64,000 nt of DNA from the human T2T-CHM13v2.0 reference genome, Homo sapiens. The stretch lies in assembly GCF_009914755.1 (NCBI RefSeq), contig NC_060942.1, one strand, 5' to 3'. Below the pieces are notes generated by a model. The model was not told the origin of the DNA. It saw nothing but the letters and a program-made list of their open reading frames with translations, and did not search any database. This document shows positions 42,981 through 57,922 of this stretch, piece by piece; position 1 is the stretch's first letter; each line of letters starts with the position of its first letter. The translations under genes and the position numbers were made by a program.

Positions 42981-44319
42981 TATTATCCAGGAGGTAGTAG
43001 AAAATCAGTAATATGTAGCTAAAGCAATTTCTAATTTTTATTTATTTTTTTCTTTTAATGTAATTGTATAGCTTTAGTTTTAGAATGAGCTACAGGTATG
43101 ATTTTAAGGCTTTTTATATTTGGATTATTTTGAGTAAACATAATATACATAAATAATATATTTTTATCTAGAAGGGAATTTCAGAAAAAAGAAAATGCAT
43201 GATTTAAGGAAAAAACTTGTGCTTTTGTATCTGAAAAAATTTATATGAGGTGATATATCAATGTGTATTTCCTTCTCAAGTGTTCTCCCGTAGAAATAAA
43301 ATATAAAGGTATGCTGTATTTTTGATCGTTTAGTAAAGTTTTAAGTCCAACAGTTGGAAGCTAACTTTAAGCACATACATAACCATTTCAGCTTTCCAAA
43401 ATATGTTTTCTTTTCAAATTGTCCTTTAACATCCGGCGATTGTTCTGCTCGCTCTTACCAGAAGACATACCTACATCCTCAAGAAGCAACAGATCATAGG
43501 GTACGATGAATTAAAGGAGTGAAAAGCTGAAGGTTTAGGAAAGAACCATCTGAGAGGCTCTGTTTTTGAAGAAGCTTAGAGATCTGAGTGTGGTATCGGT
43601 GTCTGGAGTTGTTGATTTGGAGGCAGCAGAGTTGAGAGGACTCCTTGTCACCATCTCCTCAGTGCGTGCCACTAAACTGCCTTCCATTGCCTTAGGGATC
43701 TGCCATCAGAATGTATTCTGACTGTGCTGCAGCCACAAACCAGATTACAGATGTGACTGTTAATCCAAGTCAGAAGAAATGTAACTCAAATATTGCCTAG
43801 ATCTAGATCGAATAGGACCTTTTTGTTGTTTCCAAAACTATTTGCTAGCACTAACTAGTTATTTTATACTTGATATTAATTCTTGATCTTGAGACTACTC
43901 TTTGAAAATAGAACATCCAAAGGGAATATTAAGGAAAGATTCATAGGACTATTTTGTTTTTAAACTGAGCTACTATAAGGCTAGTGTTTCATAGAGTTGC
44001 TCATTGCCCAAACTAAAAATACCTGGTTATCGCTCAGGATCCGTTCTTCTGATGTAATCCACTATAAAAGCCATTTTATACTGATCATAAGTTTTTAAGA
44101 GAAGTATGGTTATCCCCTGCACAGAGATCAGAGTCCAGGACCAAATATATTTAAGAAATATTATTGATCTGAAAATGAAGCCCGTGCAGCCTGGTCATTT
44201 GAGCAAAGCCACAAGTCAGCAATGGCTGAATTTTATTTCTGACCTTGTGCACGCAGCATCTGTTTTCCATGGGCATCCTCTGCATACTCTGTCCTAGCTT
44301 CCTGCACCATAAATGCACC

Positions 44320-44875
<556 letters not shown>

Positions 44876-47594
44876 ATCTATTTTTTTCTATTCTTGTGGG
44901 AATATTAATACCTGAAAAATATTCTGAAGGTTTACTGCAGACACATAGGAGGAAAAGTGTGATTAAATATATGATGTTAAACTCACATCAGAAAATGGTC
45001 TAGTGATCATATAATAAACATGGAAGCCAGTATCCAACAGTATGATTATACAGCTGTTCTTTTTCATTAGCATCTGGTGTTTTGTGGCTACTTTCTCAAG
45101 TTGAATGTGCTATATTCTATACAATTATTCCAAAAAGAAAAGAAATCATGATTGTGTTAAAATGTTATACTTTTTTTCACCTTTCTAAAACCCAATTTGG
45201 GCAAGACAAATGAAGCATTACTGAGAAAACAGGAGAAATGGCTTTCTAAAGGCATTTTTAATTGGTAGCTAGGGGATTTTATCATCCTGTATAAGATTAT
45301 TCTATCAGGGGTTACTCTGTAATTGTCATGGATGGAGTTTCAGTTCATCTGCACATTACTGGGCAAATGCTTACCTAGGGTTGAAGATTTTACGTGTTTT
45401 TGTGAAAAAAATGAAACCCTCTGGCTCCTGGGTCAAAGGTATTGCGGTTCCTAACAGCAATAGCAGAGGGAATGGTGAGATTTATATTTGGATCTGCTAA
45501 AAACTGGTAGACGTAGAAAGCCTATACACATATACAAAAGCAAATATTCTCCTGGTTGTAATATCAACATATTCTTCTTTATATGAAACTTGGGCTTTTC
45601 TTACTCACTGCCAGAAATGTTAGGAAGTTATAATTTGACTTTAAAATAAGGAAAATGAGAAACAAAGTTCATCCCTTGGCAGGTTTTCTGAATGCATGTT
45701 TGATAAGTCATGGAACTGCTATCTCATTGTAATCTACAAGAAAGTATATGGATTTCCCCTCAGGATCTCATCCTCTCCAATAAGCCTAAACATTTGTGAA
45801 ATTTCTGATATATCTGAAGAATAGATTACATTGCACCATCATTTCTCTTGAGCAAACTTGAACCATACAGGGAGGTAAGGAAAAACCTCAATGAATCAAA
45901 ATGCAGGAAGGCTCAGAAACAGCTGATAGCAATCAGTGCTGATAAGTCAGAGGGTGGTGAGAGAGCTCAGTTTAAGGGCTGGTACTATTGTACAGAGTTT
46001 ATGGAGAAGATGGGCTACGGAGGCGGCGGAAAGAAAAGCACTTTCATTAGTGAAATGATATTCACACTAAATTTCCTAGACGTTGAAGCCTAAGCAACTA
46101 GAACTATTTTACCTACCTTTCAAAAATACTAAAATAAAAAGTTTGTATCATGGAAAATAACATAACACACATTGCCTTATTTGAAAGAGAAATTTTCTTT
46201 TTCTTTTTTTTTTTAATTTTGTAAATCCTCTATGTGCCTTTAGGGAGATTTCAGTGAATATTAAGTATTAAATTAAGTTTTGCTTTAATTCAAAATGTTA
46301 TTTGAGATGTTCTGCACAGAATAGCTTTTAAATGATAGACTAATACTAACCTATTCCATGATTTATTTTTGTGCATTAAATATTCCCCTAAAATGATATA
46401 CGGCTATATTCTTAATAGGTACCTCACGTTGTTTGCAGCTCTGCTATGGTGCCTATATTGTGTCCTGTATGCCGATGGGTAATGCAGGGCACAGTGTAAG
46501 AGTAACACATATACATGTCTTTCACACCCATAAACTGTAATTTCATTGCAAACAAGTACCGTGACATTTTGTTTTGCTGTTTTTCAACACATCTAGTATA
46601 GCATCTTTACTTTTTGAGAGTCCTCTATTTAAACATTGATAAATTTATTCCGATGCTTATTAAATACAAATTTTAGGTGTTTCTACCATGTATCTTCATA
46701 CTCACTTTCAGACATGTCTAATGGGTAAAATGTTTATATATATACACATCTATACATATATATGAAATGAAGAGAAAATTGTTGTTTAGTTACCCTACCA
46801 GATTGAAGATACCTTTATTTTATTGGTGTATGTTTTGGTTTATAGAGGTTTCACATTCTCTAGACTGGTCTGGGAGATTCTGGGGTATAGCCAGAAGACT
46901 GGACACATTTTAATCCTGTGCTTCCTTTTGTTGTCTTTTATATTTCTGAGAGATCTAAATCTTGCTTGAAATAGAATTGACTAAAAACCGACAGAATTAG
47001 GTGGACTAAAAGTGTCACTAAGTCTTCAGAAATGGAAGATCTACCATCCTTGCGCTCCTTGAACACACCCCATCACTGAAGTCTATATGTCTGCATGGAG
47101 CTGGACTAATGTGTGGGTCTCTGTGTGTATACACAGGTGAGGGATCTGTTTCAGAGAAATAAGTCAAAAAGTACCCAGCATTAATACTGTAACCATGCTG
47201 AGATTATTCAGATGCATACATTACATGAAATTATATGAACACCATTATACATATAAACACATATTTATCATTTAGGTTAATATTAATTAGCACGGCTTAA
47301 TATTTCATTAAAGAAATAAATTGTCCTTACCTTCTTGACTCACCTTAGGGAATGTGAATGCTCATCTGAAGCTTTAAACTTAGAAGGCCAACTTTTTCTT
47401 TTGTGATTTTGAGATTGTACATTTGTGTTGACCTTTCATATCAAAAAGTTAACTACTGGTTGTTTCTTTGTGTATGTGATTGTGTTACCCAGTTCCTATG
47501 TTCTCTTAGCCTTTTCTTTCCCATTTATCTAACCTGTTTTGTCAGCGTTTTCTGAATTTCACTGTTTATTAAAATGTCCAACAGAGCAAGATAC

Positions 47595-47879
47595 TTTTTT
47601 TTTTTTTTTGAGACAGACTTTCGCTCTTTTTGCCCAGGCTGGTACGATCTCGGCTGACTGCAACCTCTGCCTCCTGGGTTCAAGCAATTCTACCTCAGCC
47701 TCCTGAGTAGCTGGGGTTACAGGCATGCACCACCAAGCCCAGCTAATTTTGCATCTTTTAGTAGAGACAGGGTTTAGTCATGTTGATCAGGCTGATCTCG
47801 AACTCCTGACCTCAGGTGATCCACCTGCCTTGACCTCCCAAAATGCCAGGATTACAGGCATAAGCCACTGAGCCCGGCC
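47595..47879 (-). mobile_element. Alu (AluS-like)
   Basis: Reverse Alu; TSD-like aagatactttt/aaaatactttt. Confidence 0.93.
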
Positions 47880-48954
47880 AAAATACTTTTTTTTTAATAG
47901 AAGAAATAGATTTAAATCAGCTTATCATACAAATATCTAATATTTATATTTTTTCAAAATACATAAAAATCAACAAACTCCTTCCTTAAACATGTCATTC
48001 AAAACAACCCTTCTGTAATACAAAAGCTAACAATCTTGGTAACAGAAAAATAAAAGTGGAACTCACAAAACATGAAGTGAAAGCCAGTGACATCCACGTT
48101 CTCCTTTTTCACAAAAGATGTTGAGATGCTCACTAAAATTATGAAAAAGAAGTACATCATTTCCAGGTACATAGCGAATTGATAATATAATTTTAAATAA
48201 TATATTTCCTTTTAAATTACTGGAGAAAAAAGAAATAAAGAAGGCTAGCGATAGTGAGCTAAATCCCCATCTTTTAAGCAGAAAATAGACATTGAATAAA
48301 GTTGACATATTTGTAAGTAGGCATATAATCATTTGATTTTGACTTTGGGAAATAGTAGGAGAAAGGGAAACATTGCGAAAATTGTTTCAGAAGAGGTTAC
48401 TAGTGGAATTAGGAAAGTGTTAGGCAAGAGATTGTTATTACTATTATTCAATCCTATGTGTCTCTGTATTTTTAAATTTTCCACCACATGGATGCCTTAC
48501 TTTGGAAATATTTGTTTAAATGACATAAAATTATTTTCTCATATATGTGCATATGTGAACTTTGTGCAAAATGCTGCTGAGAGGAAAACATTGGATTTTA
48601 CAGAATGGATTACACAGGAGCAGAAGAGGAGGACTCACAACAGGAGACCAGAGGGGAGAAACTGTCTTGTCTCTCCCTGGGCTTCACTACTCTGATTTAC
48701 GTGTTCACAAACAAAACACTGAGCTGGATCTCAGGGCTCAGCAACTCCAAAGAGGACTTTGGGAAATACAACGACAAGTGCACGTGTGGAGTGGGAATCT
48801 GCCCCGGTCCTTCAGGGGCTTTGTCCAACATGTCAATGAGGGAAGGAGCGATAAACTTCTTTTTGTGGGCATAAACAGAAAATAAGAAATATAGCTCAGG
48901 AAAAATAGTAAATATCCCAACAGACAAAGGTTACTACATAGACTAACAATTTGT

Positions 48955-49002
<48 letters not shown>
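48955..49002. repeat. (GATA)12 tetranucleotide STR
   Basis: Perfect repeat, directly visible. Confidence 0.97.
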
Positions 49003-50353
49003 TGAAAACAGATTATACGTGTACATATATATTACAAATGTGTGCATATTTTTGGTTAGGTTACTCAACAAAACCTTACTTTAAATAAATAAGTAGAAAA
49101 TATAATTTTAGTGATTGGAAAGCTCAGACAAATCCTTATGTTTAGATAATTTCAGCAAAAGAGCTAACTCATCATTTGGTTGATACACAATCTAACCGTA
49201 GGAAATTTCCTAATCCTGGTCATAGAATGGGGGAAACCGTGGAGCAATGAAAAGAGGACAGGGTTAAAGTCCATAATTCATGCCTCGAAAGCTGAAAACA
49301 TTATAGAGTGACAAAAATCATCAGACTATTAACTCTGATTGATGTTATAAACTCTGATCAAAGATCTGAACTTGGAGAAATTCGAAACATTTGGCTAAAA
49401 CGAGACTTGAAGACAACTGTCAGATTCGTTTTTCAGCTTATGCCTAGCCTTCATTGCCATGCCTGGGTGCAATCTGATTATATTACATGAAGTGCATATT
49501 TCCATAATGAAGAACTAGTGTAGCATCCTTTGGTTCTCAATCCTGCAGGGAAAGAATTAATAACGAATCACATAATCTCTTCTATAATTTATTTTTCATA
49601 ATCCTTAGAGTGTAATATGATGAAGAATGTTTAACGAATTAAAAATTATAAGATTATTCTTATTTGCTGTTTTCATTACCCTTTTTTTTTGTTTTGGTTT
49701 GACTCTGATTAAAGCAGTCAAATTGAAATGTATTATAAAAGTTGTAATCTATTATGCCTGATTTACCTAGAGGATGTTTGCAAGAAAGTGACAAGAATAA
49801 TTTTTAAGAGAAAAATAAACATTTTCTTTAGCCGGCCTTTTAAATTTCTGCAAAACAAAAAAAGCATATGAAAAAGGGGTTTTTTGATGATTATTTTTGA
49901 AGTTATTCTAACTAGAGAAATTGTTCCCTTTCCTTTCAAATTTCAAGTACTGGAATTAAGTTCTGGAGTTTAGAATTACTATTTTAAAATGGTATACATT
50001 ACGTTAATTAGCCTAACGTAATCATTCCACAGTATATACACGTATCATAACACCATATTATATCCTATATTTGTCAATTAAACATCTTTAAAGTGTTCAT
50101 ATTAAATAATTGTTCTAAATAACACAAAGTAAAAAAAAAAAATTGAATGCCTGCAAAGAAAAAAAAAACTAAAAACTCAGTGACAAAAAGTTACATACGA
50201 TCTCTAAATACGCTTAGCCAAAATTTCAGGCAAAGTCCTCAATAAAAACGTTAAAGAAAAAAAATTGAAATGTATAAAAGTTCATCTCTTACCATTGCAA
50301 CCCCTGTTCATTTCCCCCTTGCTGATATTGATTAAAAAGAAAAAAAATTAGTG

Positions 50354-50673
<320 letters not shown>

Positions 50674-50933
50674 GGAAAAAAAAGCAAATAACTGAAGGCA
50701 CAATGCCGTGTTTAAAATAGGGACAGGGCTTCACTCTAAAGGTGCCCTCGGCTGGAAAGCCTGCTGGTGGTCAGAGATCTCAGAGTGCATGCATCTACTT
50801 TCAATATGTGTTCAAAAGTCTGTCGTGGTTGCTAAGGTATTCAGTTTAAAGAAACTAGATAGTTTTTGAGGGGGAGGGAGAATTTCCTATTGATGAAAAT
50901 GAAAGAAATTCACGGTGAATATGTGTTTGACTA

Positions 50934-50966
50934 TGTGTGTGTGGGCGTGTGTGTGTGTGTGTGTGT
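50934..50966. repeat. Interrupted (TG)n
   Basis: Directly visible. Confidence 0.9.
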
Positions 50967-50991
50967 CAGGGAAGCAGAAAAAGTATGAATA

Positions 50992-51054
50992 TTAGGTTGA
51001 GTTGTTGCCGTTGAAAGTAATGGCAAAACAGCAATTACTTTTGCACCAACCTAA
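50992..51054. mobile_element. MADE1 (Hsmar1-derived MITE) with a partly deleted left arm
   Basis: ttaggttg...taatggcaaaacagcaattacttttgcaccaacctaa flanked by TA/TA. Confidence 0.88.
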
Positions 51055-51379
51055 TACAATCTTAATTTATGAATTATAGAATTTTATATACAGTAATCTA
51101 CTTTTTCCATTTAATTTATCATAAGCATTTTTAAAATGTACTTTATGTTCAAATCTGAAATTAATCAGTAACAACTTGAAAATTCCTTCTCTCTACAGAA
51201 ACTGGAACTTAAGCAAAATAATGTGACTCATTCATGACCTTGTAGCAAAGTGATAACCATGTTATCTAAAATTCAACGAACACCTACTATGAGCTCAGCA
51301 CTTTAGATAAACATCTTACAGAGAAAGTCAGTAATTCTAGTCCCTGAACAAGTTCCCTCTGAGCACAAGGTATTTGCAC

Positions 51380-51680
51380 TGTGGGGCATCCTGTTGGTTA
51401 TGTGGAGCAGGATGGCTTCAGGTGAGGCTTGAGGGAAGTGCTTCCTGTTTCTGTGGCTCTGGGCTGGTGACAAACACCCCCCAGTTGAACCATTCTTCCT
51501 ACCACACCCACTGGCAATGTTTGGGATGGCAGGTGCTCCATTAGTCTGGGTCCCAGGCTGAAGAGGTAGGGGATAGGATCCCTAATTACCTGTCCTGTGC
51601 ATGTAGCATAAGGAAAAAACAAGTTGTTTTCATAATGAGTTGTTAAATTGCAGCACATCCCACTCCATGCTGACTGGAAC
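51380..51680 (+). mobile_element. MLT1 (J/K-like) MaLR LTR fragment
   Basis: ctccattagtctgggtcccagg...catgtagcataaggaaaaaacaag. Confidence 0.55.
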
Positions 51681-52747
51681 ACACATGTTACTTCACTTCC
51701 TCTTTTTAACCAGCGAATAAATGTGGAATTCTTTTACTAATTGTAATAATGCAGACACAAAAAAGAAAAAGAAAACACTTAGGGAGATAGGATAACTCTT
51801 CCAAATAAATAAATAAGAATGTCAGGTCTGCAATTCTAAACCTGGCATCAATATTATCCATTTTCTATCTGTCTATCAGTGAATTTTCTGCCACATAAGT
51901 GTGAAATTTCAGTTAGCAATAGCTGTTTACTATTATCTGAAAGAAAGAGCAGAAGGAAGGAAGGAAAAACACAGATAGAAAGAAAGAGAAAAGAAAAGAA
52001 AAGAAAATTCCTCCTGCACACTTAGAAGGCCTGTTGCCTGCATTTGGTGTGGTTGGAGGAAGAGGTGGTAATTGCTCAGCATAAAACAGTCCTTTCCTGT
52101 CTCTATTTCTGCTGCACAGCAGTAAACATGCGGGAGAGTTATGGAGCAATGAAAAGACTTTACTAGTGAGACTACTGGTTCTAAGACTCAAGGTAAATGA
52201 GGGTGTTTCTTTAGCTTATCTTGAAAAAAATAAGAAAAGTGGAAATTAAACCAACTTAGAGCAAATTACTGATAGGTAGATTCTCAGCGTATTATGATGC
52301 CCAGGAGTGGAAAGTAGAGAACCATAATGAAAGGCTTGAAACAAGAAGCAGGGGTCAGGAAAAAAAAACTCTTAAAACCAACAGAGTAATAGCTAAGGAT
52401 CTGAGAAAAAAGAACCAAATTATATGCAGACATAGGCTTTTAAACCACCTCATAAAAACTGAAAATGTTTTCATCATTCTTATGCTGACATCTAAGGAGT
52501 AATTGAAGAAGAGAAATATATTATTTTCTATCTTCTATCATGTCAAGTGCTTTGAAATCTACTCAGTTTTTCCCCTACAATATCTCGAATGCAGTGCTTA
52601 CCATTGTTTACCAATGTACCATGCAAACAAATAAAAATATGACAAATACAGTATATGCTATTTAATTTGCTTTAATTTGAATTTTAAATCTTTGATTTTC
52701 TCATAAAATGAACTCAAACTGAATGAAAATGATAAAGCAAAATAAGA

Positions 52748-53425
52748 TGCGTATGTACCACATTTTCTTTATCCAGTCTCTCATTGATGGGCATTTGAGT
52801 GGATTCCATGTCTTTGCTATCATGAACAGTGTGGCAATGAACATACATGTGCATGTATCTTTATAATATAATGATTTATATTCTTTGGCTATATGCCCAG
52901 TAATGGGATTGCTGAGTCAAATGGTATTTTTGTTCTAGATCTCTGAGGAATTGCCACACCATCTTCCACAATGGTTGAAGTAATTTTCATTCCTACCAAC
53001 AATGTAAAAATGTTCCTATTTATCTGTAACCTTGCCAAATGTGGTACATATACACCACGGAATACTATGCAGCCATAAAACAGTATGAGATCACGTCCTT
53101 TGAAAGCACATGGGTGGAGCTAGAAGCCATTATCCTCAGCAAACTAATGCAGGAACAGAAAACCAAACACCACATGTTCTCACTAGTAAGTGGGAACTGA
53201 AAAATGAGAACACATGGACACAGGGAGGGGGAAGAATACATACTACTGCCTTTTCAGAGGTGGGGTGCGGGGAGAGAGCATTAGGAAAAAATAGCTAATG
53301 CATGCTCGACTTAATAGTGAGGTGATGGGTTGATAGGTACAACAAGCCACCACGGCACATGTTTACCTACGTAACAAACCTGCACATCCTGCACATGTAC
53401 ACTGGAACTTAAAATAAAAATATGT
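52748..53425 (+). mobile_element. L1PA 3' portion with a 5' inversion (52748-~53037 reverse, ~53038-53425 forward)
   Basis: Reverse segment gtaccacattttctttatccagtct...gggattgctgagtcaaatgg, then forward aatgtggtacatatacacc...ggaacttaaaataaaa. Confidence 0.9.
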
Positions 53426-53639
53426 TTTTTAAAAAAGTAAGCACAAGAGTCCAAGCATAAGAAAAACAGGCAGGCTGGATGGGTTTTTCCAGCACAGAGT
53501 GCTGGCAGAAATGAATAGCTCTCATGAAATATGTCACGGAAGGTTTCCTAAAGGAGCAGAGTCATACAGAGGTGAACACCCAGGTCTTCCCTAATGAATG
53601 TAGGATGTAAACAAATTTTAAAATCCTCCTAGAGAGGAT

Positions 53640-54030
53640 CTATGCTGACCATGTGACTTAGTGTGGCACCTTGGGCCGTGTGGCATCAGCTTGACTCTGG
53701 AGGGGCTAGAGACTAAGGTTAGGCACATGGGGGCTCAGTCATGTCTATGTGACCTGTACCCCATAACATCTCTGGACACTCTGGGTTTGGTGCTTGTCAC
53801 TGATGGGGGATACCCCATGGTGTTGTCACACATCATAGCTAGCAGACATAATACTCTGGGCACCCGGAAGCTCCACACTGGGTCTGTCCTGCCCCTGTTT
53901 GATGCGCCTTTTCCCATTGCTGATCTTAACCTGTGTCCTTTCACTATGAGTCTAACAGGTTAGCTGAGCACTGCAAACCCTTCTAGTGGATCCTTGAACC
54001 TGAGGGTTATCTTGGAGATCTCAAAATGTG
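53640..54030 (+). mobile_element. MER21-like LTR
   Basis: ggaggggctagagactaagg...ctctggacac...tgtcacacatc...gaacctgagggttatcttgg. Confidence 0.65.
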
Positions 54031-54273
54031 CAGTTGTTCTAAAGAAAGGGTGTGCAAAGCTTCTGTTCTTTTCTCTGGAAGTAATCCCATTACTTCACTC
54101 CCCATAAATTGTGACAATACTGCTTTTTGTAGGAGTAAGAAGGGAGAAGCTCCTGTTTGAGGAAAGGGTCGACACAAAATCACAGAACATTCCAGGACCA
54201 GAAATCACTTTGTAGGTAACTTTATAAATATTTTCTATTGTATAAGCATATGAGGTTTTAAAATATCACTAGA

Positions 54274-54560
54274 GGCCAGGCATGGTGCCTCACTCCTGTA
54301 ATCCCAGCACTTTGGAAGGATGATGCAGAAGATCACTTGAGCCCGGGAGTTCAAGACCAACCTGGCCAACATGGCAAAACCCTGTCTCTACTAAAAATAC
54401 AAAACATTAGCCAAGCATGGTGGCACACATCTCCAATCCCAGCTACTCTGGAGTCGGGGTGGGGAGAATCACCTGAGGCCAGGAAGTCAAGGCTGCAGTA
54501 AGCTGTGATAGTACCATTACACTCCAGCCTGGGCAATGGGAGTGAGACCCTGTCTCAATT
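54274..54560 (+). mobile_element. Alu (AluJ-like)
   Basis: Diverged dimer; TSD-like aaatatcactaga/atatattactaga. Confidence 0.92.
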
Positions 54561-55996
54561 AATAATTAAGGAAATATATTACTAGAAATAAAGGATATAA
54601 AGTACACCCTGAAGCAATGTGGCATCCCACAGCCCACCAGCACTCCCCAGGTCTGGCAAAGTCAAGCATCTTTGATGTGATTGCTCCGGGTCTCAGGCAG
54701 CAATGCACTTGATGTTTTGTGACCTGCAATACAATTAACCAATCAGCAGTGGGGCAGCCACTGACTTCCCTTCAGGATTTGCAAGTTCCCTTTTCAGAGG
54801 TGAAAAGAACAATTTCTCTGTAGCTGTGGAGTCCATGTGAAGTCAACATTTGATGAATTTGACTGAGAAGTATCGTGTTCCCTAACCTATTAGGGGCTTC
54901 AAGAAAGGCCTGTGCCAGGCTCAGAGCACACATCCAAGTCGCGCCATTTTGGATTTGACTCTGTTGGTGAGTTTATGGCTTGCTTTCATTTTCATAGAAA
55001 GGATAACTTATTATCAAATATTTATATTAAATAAAATATTTTATTGATAATCACAGCGGAGTATGAAATGAAATGCAATTAGATAAAACATCTTGATCAA
55101 TATGGGGTTGATTGTGTATTTGAAAAGAGATTTGAAGAAAGCACTTTTCATTGCCAGCCGGTGGCCGGCATTTAAAATGAATTCACCGCTAACATATCCG
55201 TTTGATTTTTTCGAGGATAAGGCAATGCTGAGTGACATGGACACAGATGACATTATTGTGTTTAGACTTCTAAAGGGCGCTTCATATAGCATTGGAGATA
55301 AAAAGCCATTTTGAAATGCAGTCTCTTGGGGTTTCTGAAATCAAATGAAGTGCAATGAAAAGTAGCAAAGAAAGACACAGAGCACCTTGATTTTGTAGTC
55401 AGCTGCAAGGCAATCACCTCGGTGACACTTGTTAATTTTTTATATATCCATTGATCAAATATCTATTATTTTTATCCTTTCTTTCCATAGGAATAATAAT
55501 ATCAGCTCTCTTCTCACTGAACCCAGGAAGGAGCTCATCAAACAGGGAACAGGCAGAGGAGTTTGTGTATTTCCTGAGCTCCCAATTTTTCACTGTTTAC
55601 TTGCTGCTCACTGACAGGCCTTAAGAAAGCCATTGTTCTTTGTAAGCACAAGGGCTGTGTCTACACAGATCCAGCTGCTCCTGCCCCTTGTGGGTCTAAA
55701 GAGGGAGGGCGCAGGATGGCTGGGTTCCTTCTTGCACCCAGATGCAGGCCAGTCATGGACAGAGATCATCTGTGCACGTAGGAAAATAATTCTTCTGTGT
55801 TTAATAAGGTGCATGAGTGATCACATGGCTTCAGGAAAAGGGGCAGGCTTCTGTATGCCTCTTAAGTGGAAAAGTGAACAGCTTTATCAGCCTACAATGG
55901 AGAATTTCCAAAGCCTTCAAAGCATGTTAAGACAACCTAGAGAATTATAGAAAAACGTTTGAATTAACTTGCTTTTGGATCAATTTTTCTTTGGGA

Positions 55997-56166
55997 CAGG
56001 GGTTTGCAAACTATGACCAATAGAACAAAGCCAGACTCATTCGCAAATTGCTCTCTGATTTCAATACAGCAGCAGAGTTGAGTGGCTGTGACAGAGACCG
56101 CATGGCCTGCAAAGCCTAAAATAGTTACTCTCTGGTCTTTTATAGAAAAAGTTCGCTGATCTCTAT
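55997..56166 (+). mobile_element. MER58A-like hAT-Charlie element
   Basis: caggggtttgcaaactatg...gcagagttgagtggctgtgacagagaccgcatggcctgcaaagcctaaaata...gaaaaagttcgctgatc. Confidence 0.8.
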
Positions 56167-56227
56167 TCTATGATACATACATAGATTCCAAAGGCTTACA
56201 TTGGTATGAATTTAAAAAATAAAAATA

Positions 56228-56546
<319 letters not shown>

Positions 56547-57779
56547 CAAATGACTGTGAATAATGTTGTGATAGGTGTAAGTGGTACTTAGATAAAACAT
56601 ATAGATAGCTGTGATAAAAGCTATATATATATACATATATACACATACACACAAACACACACACATTAGCATTTATTTTCATTAAGTTAAAAAAACAGTA
56701 AACTTGAAATCACTCCCAGGAAACCAAAATAAAAACAACAACCCAAAAAAAAAAAAAAAAGATGCTTGACATTTATCTCCATAAAATTATAAAGAATATG
56801 AGAAGTTAATTTTCAAACCAGAAGAAAAGTAAAATACAATATTATATGAGAATACTCAATGTATGAAACAAAATGTTCTGATTACTTAAACCCTGTTAGT
56901 TTTAGGGCCTTACAGTAAACAGCATCCATGACTTTAACACATCTTTATTTTATCTCCTTCTCTCTCTTTCCTCTCTGTCTTCCCTCTGTCCCCTCCAATT
57001 GAATATAGCATTCCTCTGAAGATTTGGCACAATTTCTCTCTCTAACAGGAACTTGAGATTTTAGATCTATTAACAGTGCATACATTATTTATTAACTTGC
57101 ACCAGGAGTAATTTTGCAATTGGCAAGCTTCAGAAAGCAGCAGAAATTATCACACCACCACTATAGTGCGTATTACTTCTCAGCACTTTATGACAGATAA
57201 AACATTTAAAAGGCAGCCTTCTTTTCTGAGAGTTGGATATGGAAACTATAACGTATTGCTTATTTCATGCACAATTTTCCCTCTGTCCGTGCGGCAATAA
57301 CATGTGCATTAGCATGAGGGCTTAAAATTACGTAAACATTAATCTCAGAGTGCTCTGGAGGCTCATGTGAATTATTATATGTCAGGGGTAAATAAAAGAT
57401 ATCTCAAGACACTAGGTGTGATTTTATAAACTTTGGCAGGTGGTCTATGTGATAAGTCACCTTATCATTTAACAGAATCATTGCTAGGTTACACAATTCC
57501 CCTGTGATAATTGATTATAAACAGAACTAACTCACAGAACAGTACCTCCAAATTTATTGTTTTATGTGTCTGCTACTACCCTTTAGGGAGCAGTAAGCCA
57601 TGCACACGTTTGGGACTTCATTTACAACAGATGACAGCTATTTGAAGCCAGCTATGTATCACATAAATTGAGCGTATATGTGTGATAGGTGAGGACTGAT
57701 ATGGGGTGTGAGGAGCATGAGTAGCATTAGGGATGACAATGTAGGCCATACAGGGACAAAATTATAATTGAGAGATGGT

Positions 57780-57922
57780 GGAAAAGAGGATAAAATATAT
57801 ATCAAGCACAGGAATGAAATCATATAGGAAGAAAAGTAAAACATTTAGATAAAACGGAAAAGAGGATAAAGTATATCTCAAGCACAGGAATGAAATCATA
57901 TAAGAAGAAAAATAAAACATTT
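57780..57922 (+). repeat. Tandem duplication, 2 x 67 bp with a 9-bp spacer
   Basis: ggaaaagaggataaa...aaacattt at 57780-57846 and 57856-57922, 4 mismatches. Confidence 0.95.

Noticed and set aside
57780-57922. Repeat-spacer-repeat pattern as a CRISPR-like array
   Set aside because: Only two 67-bp units with a 9-bp spacer, in mammalian DNA with no cas genes; a simple tandem duplication
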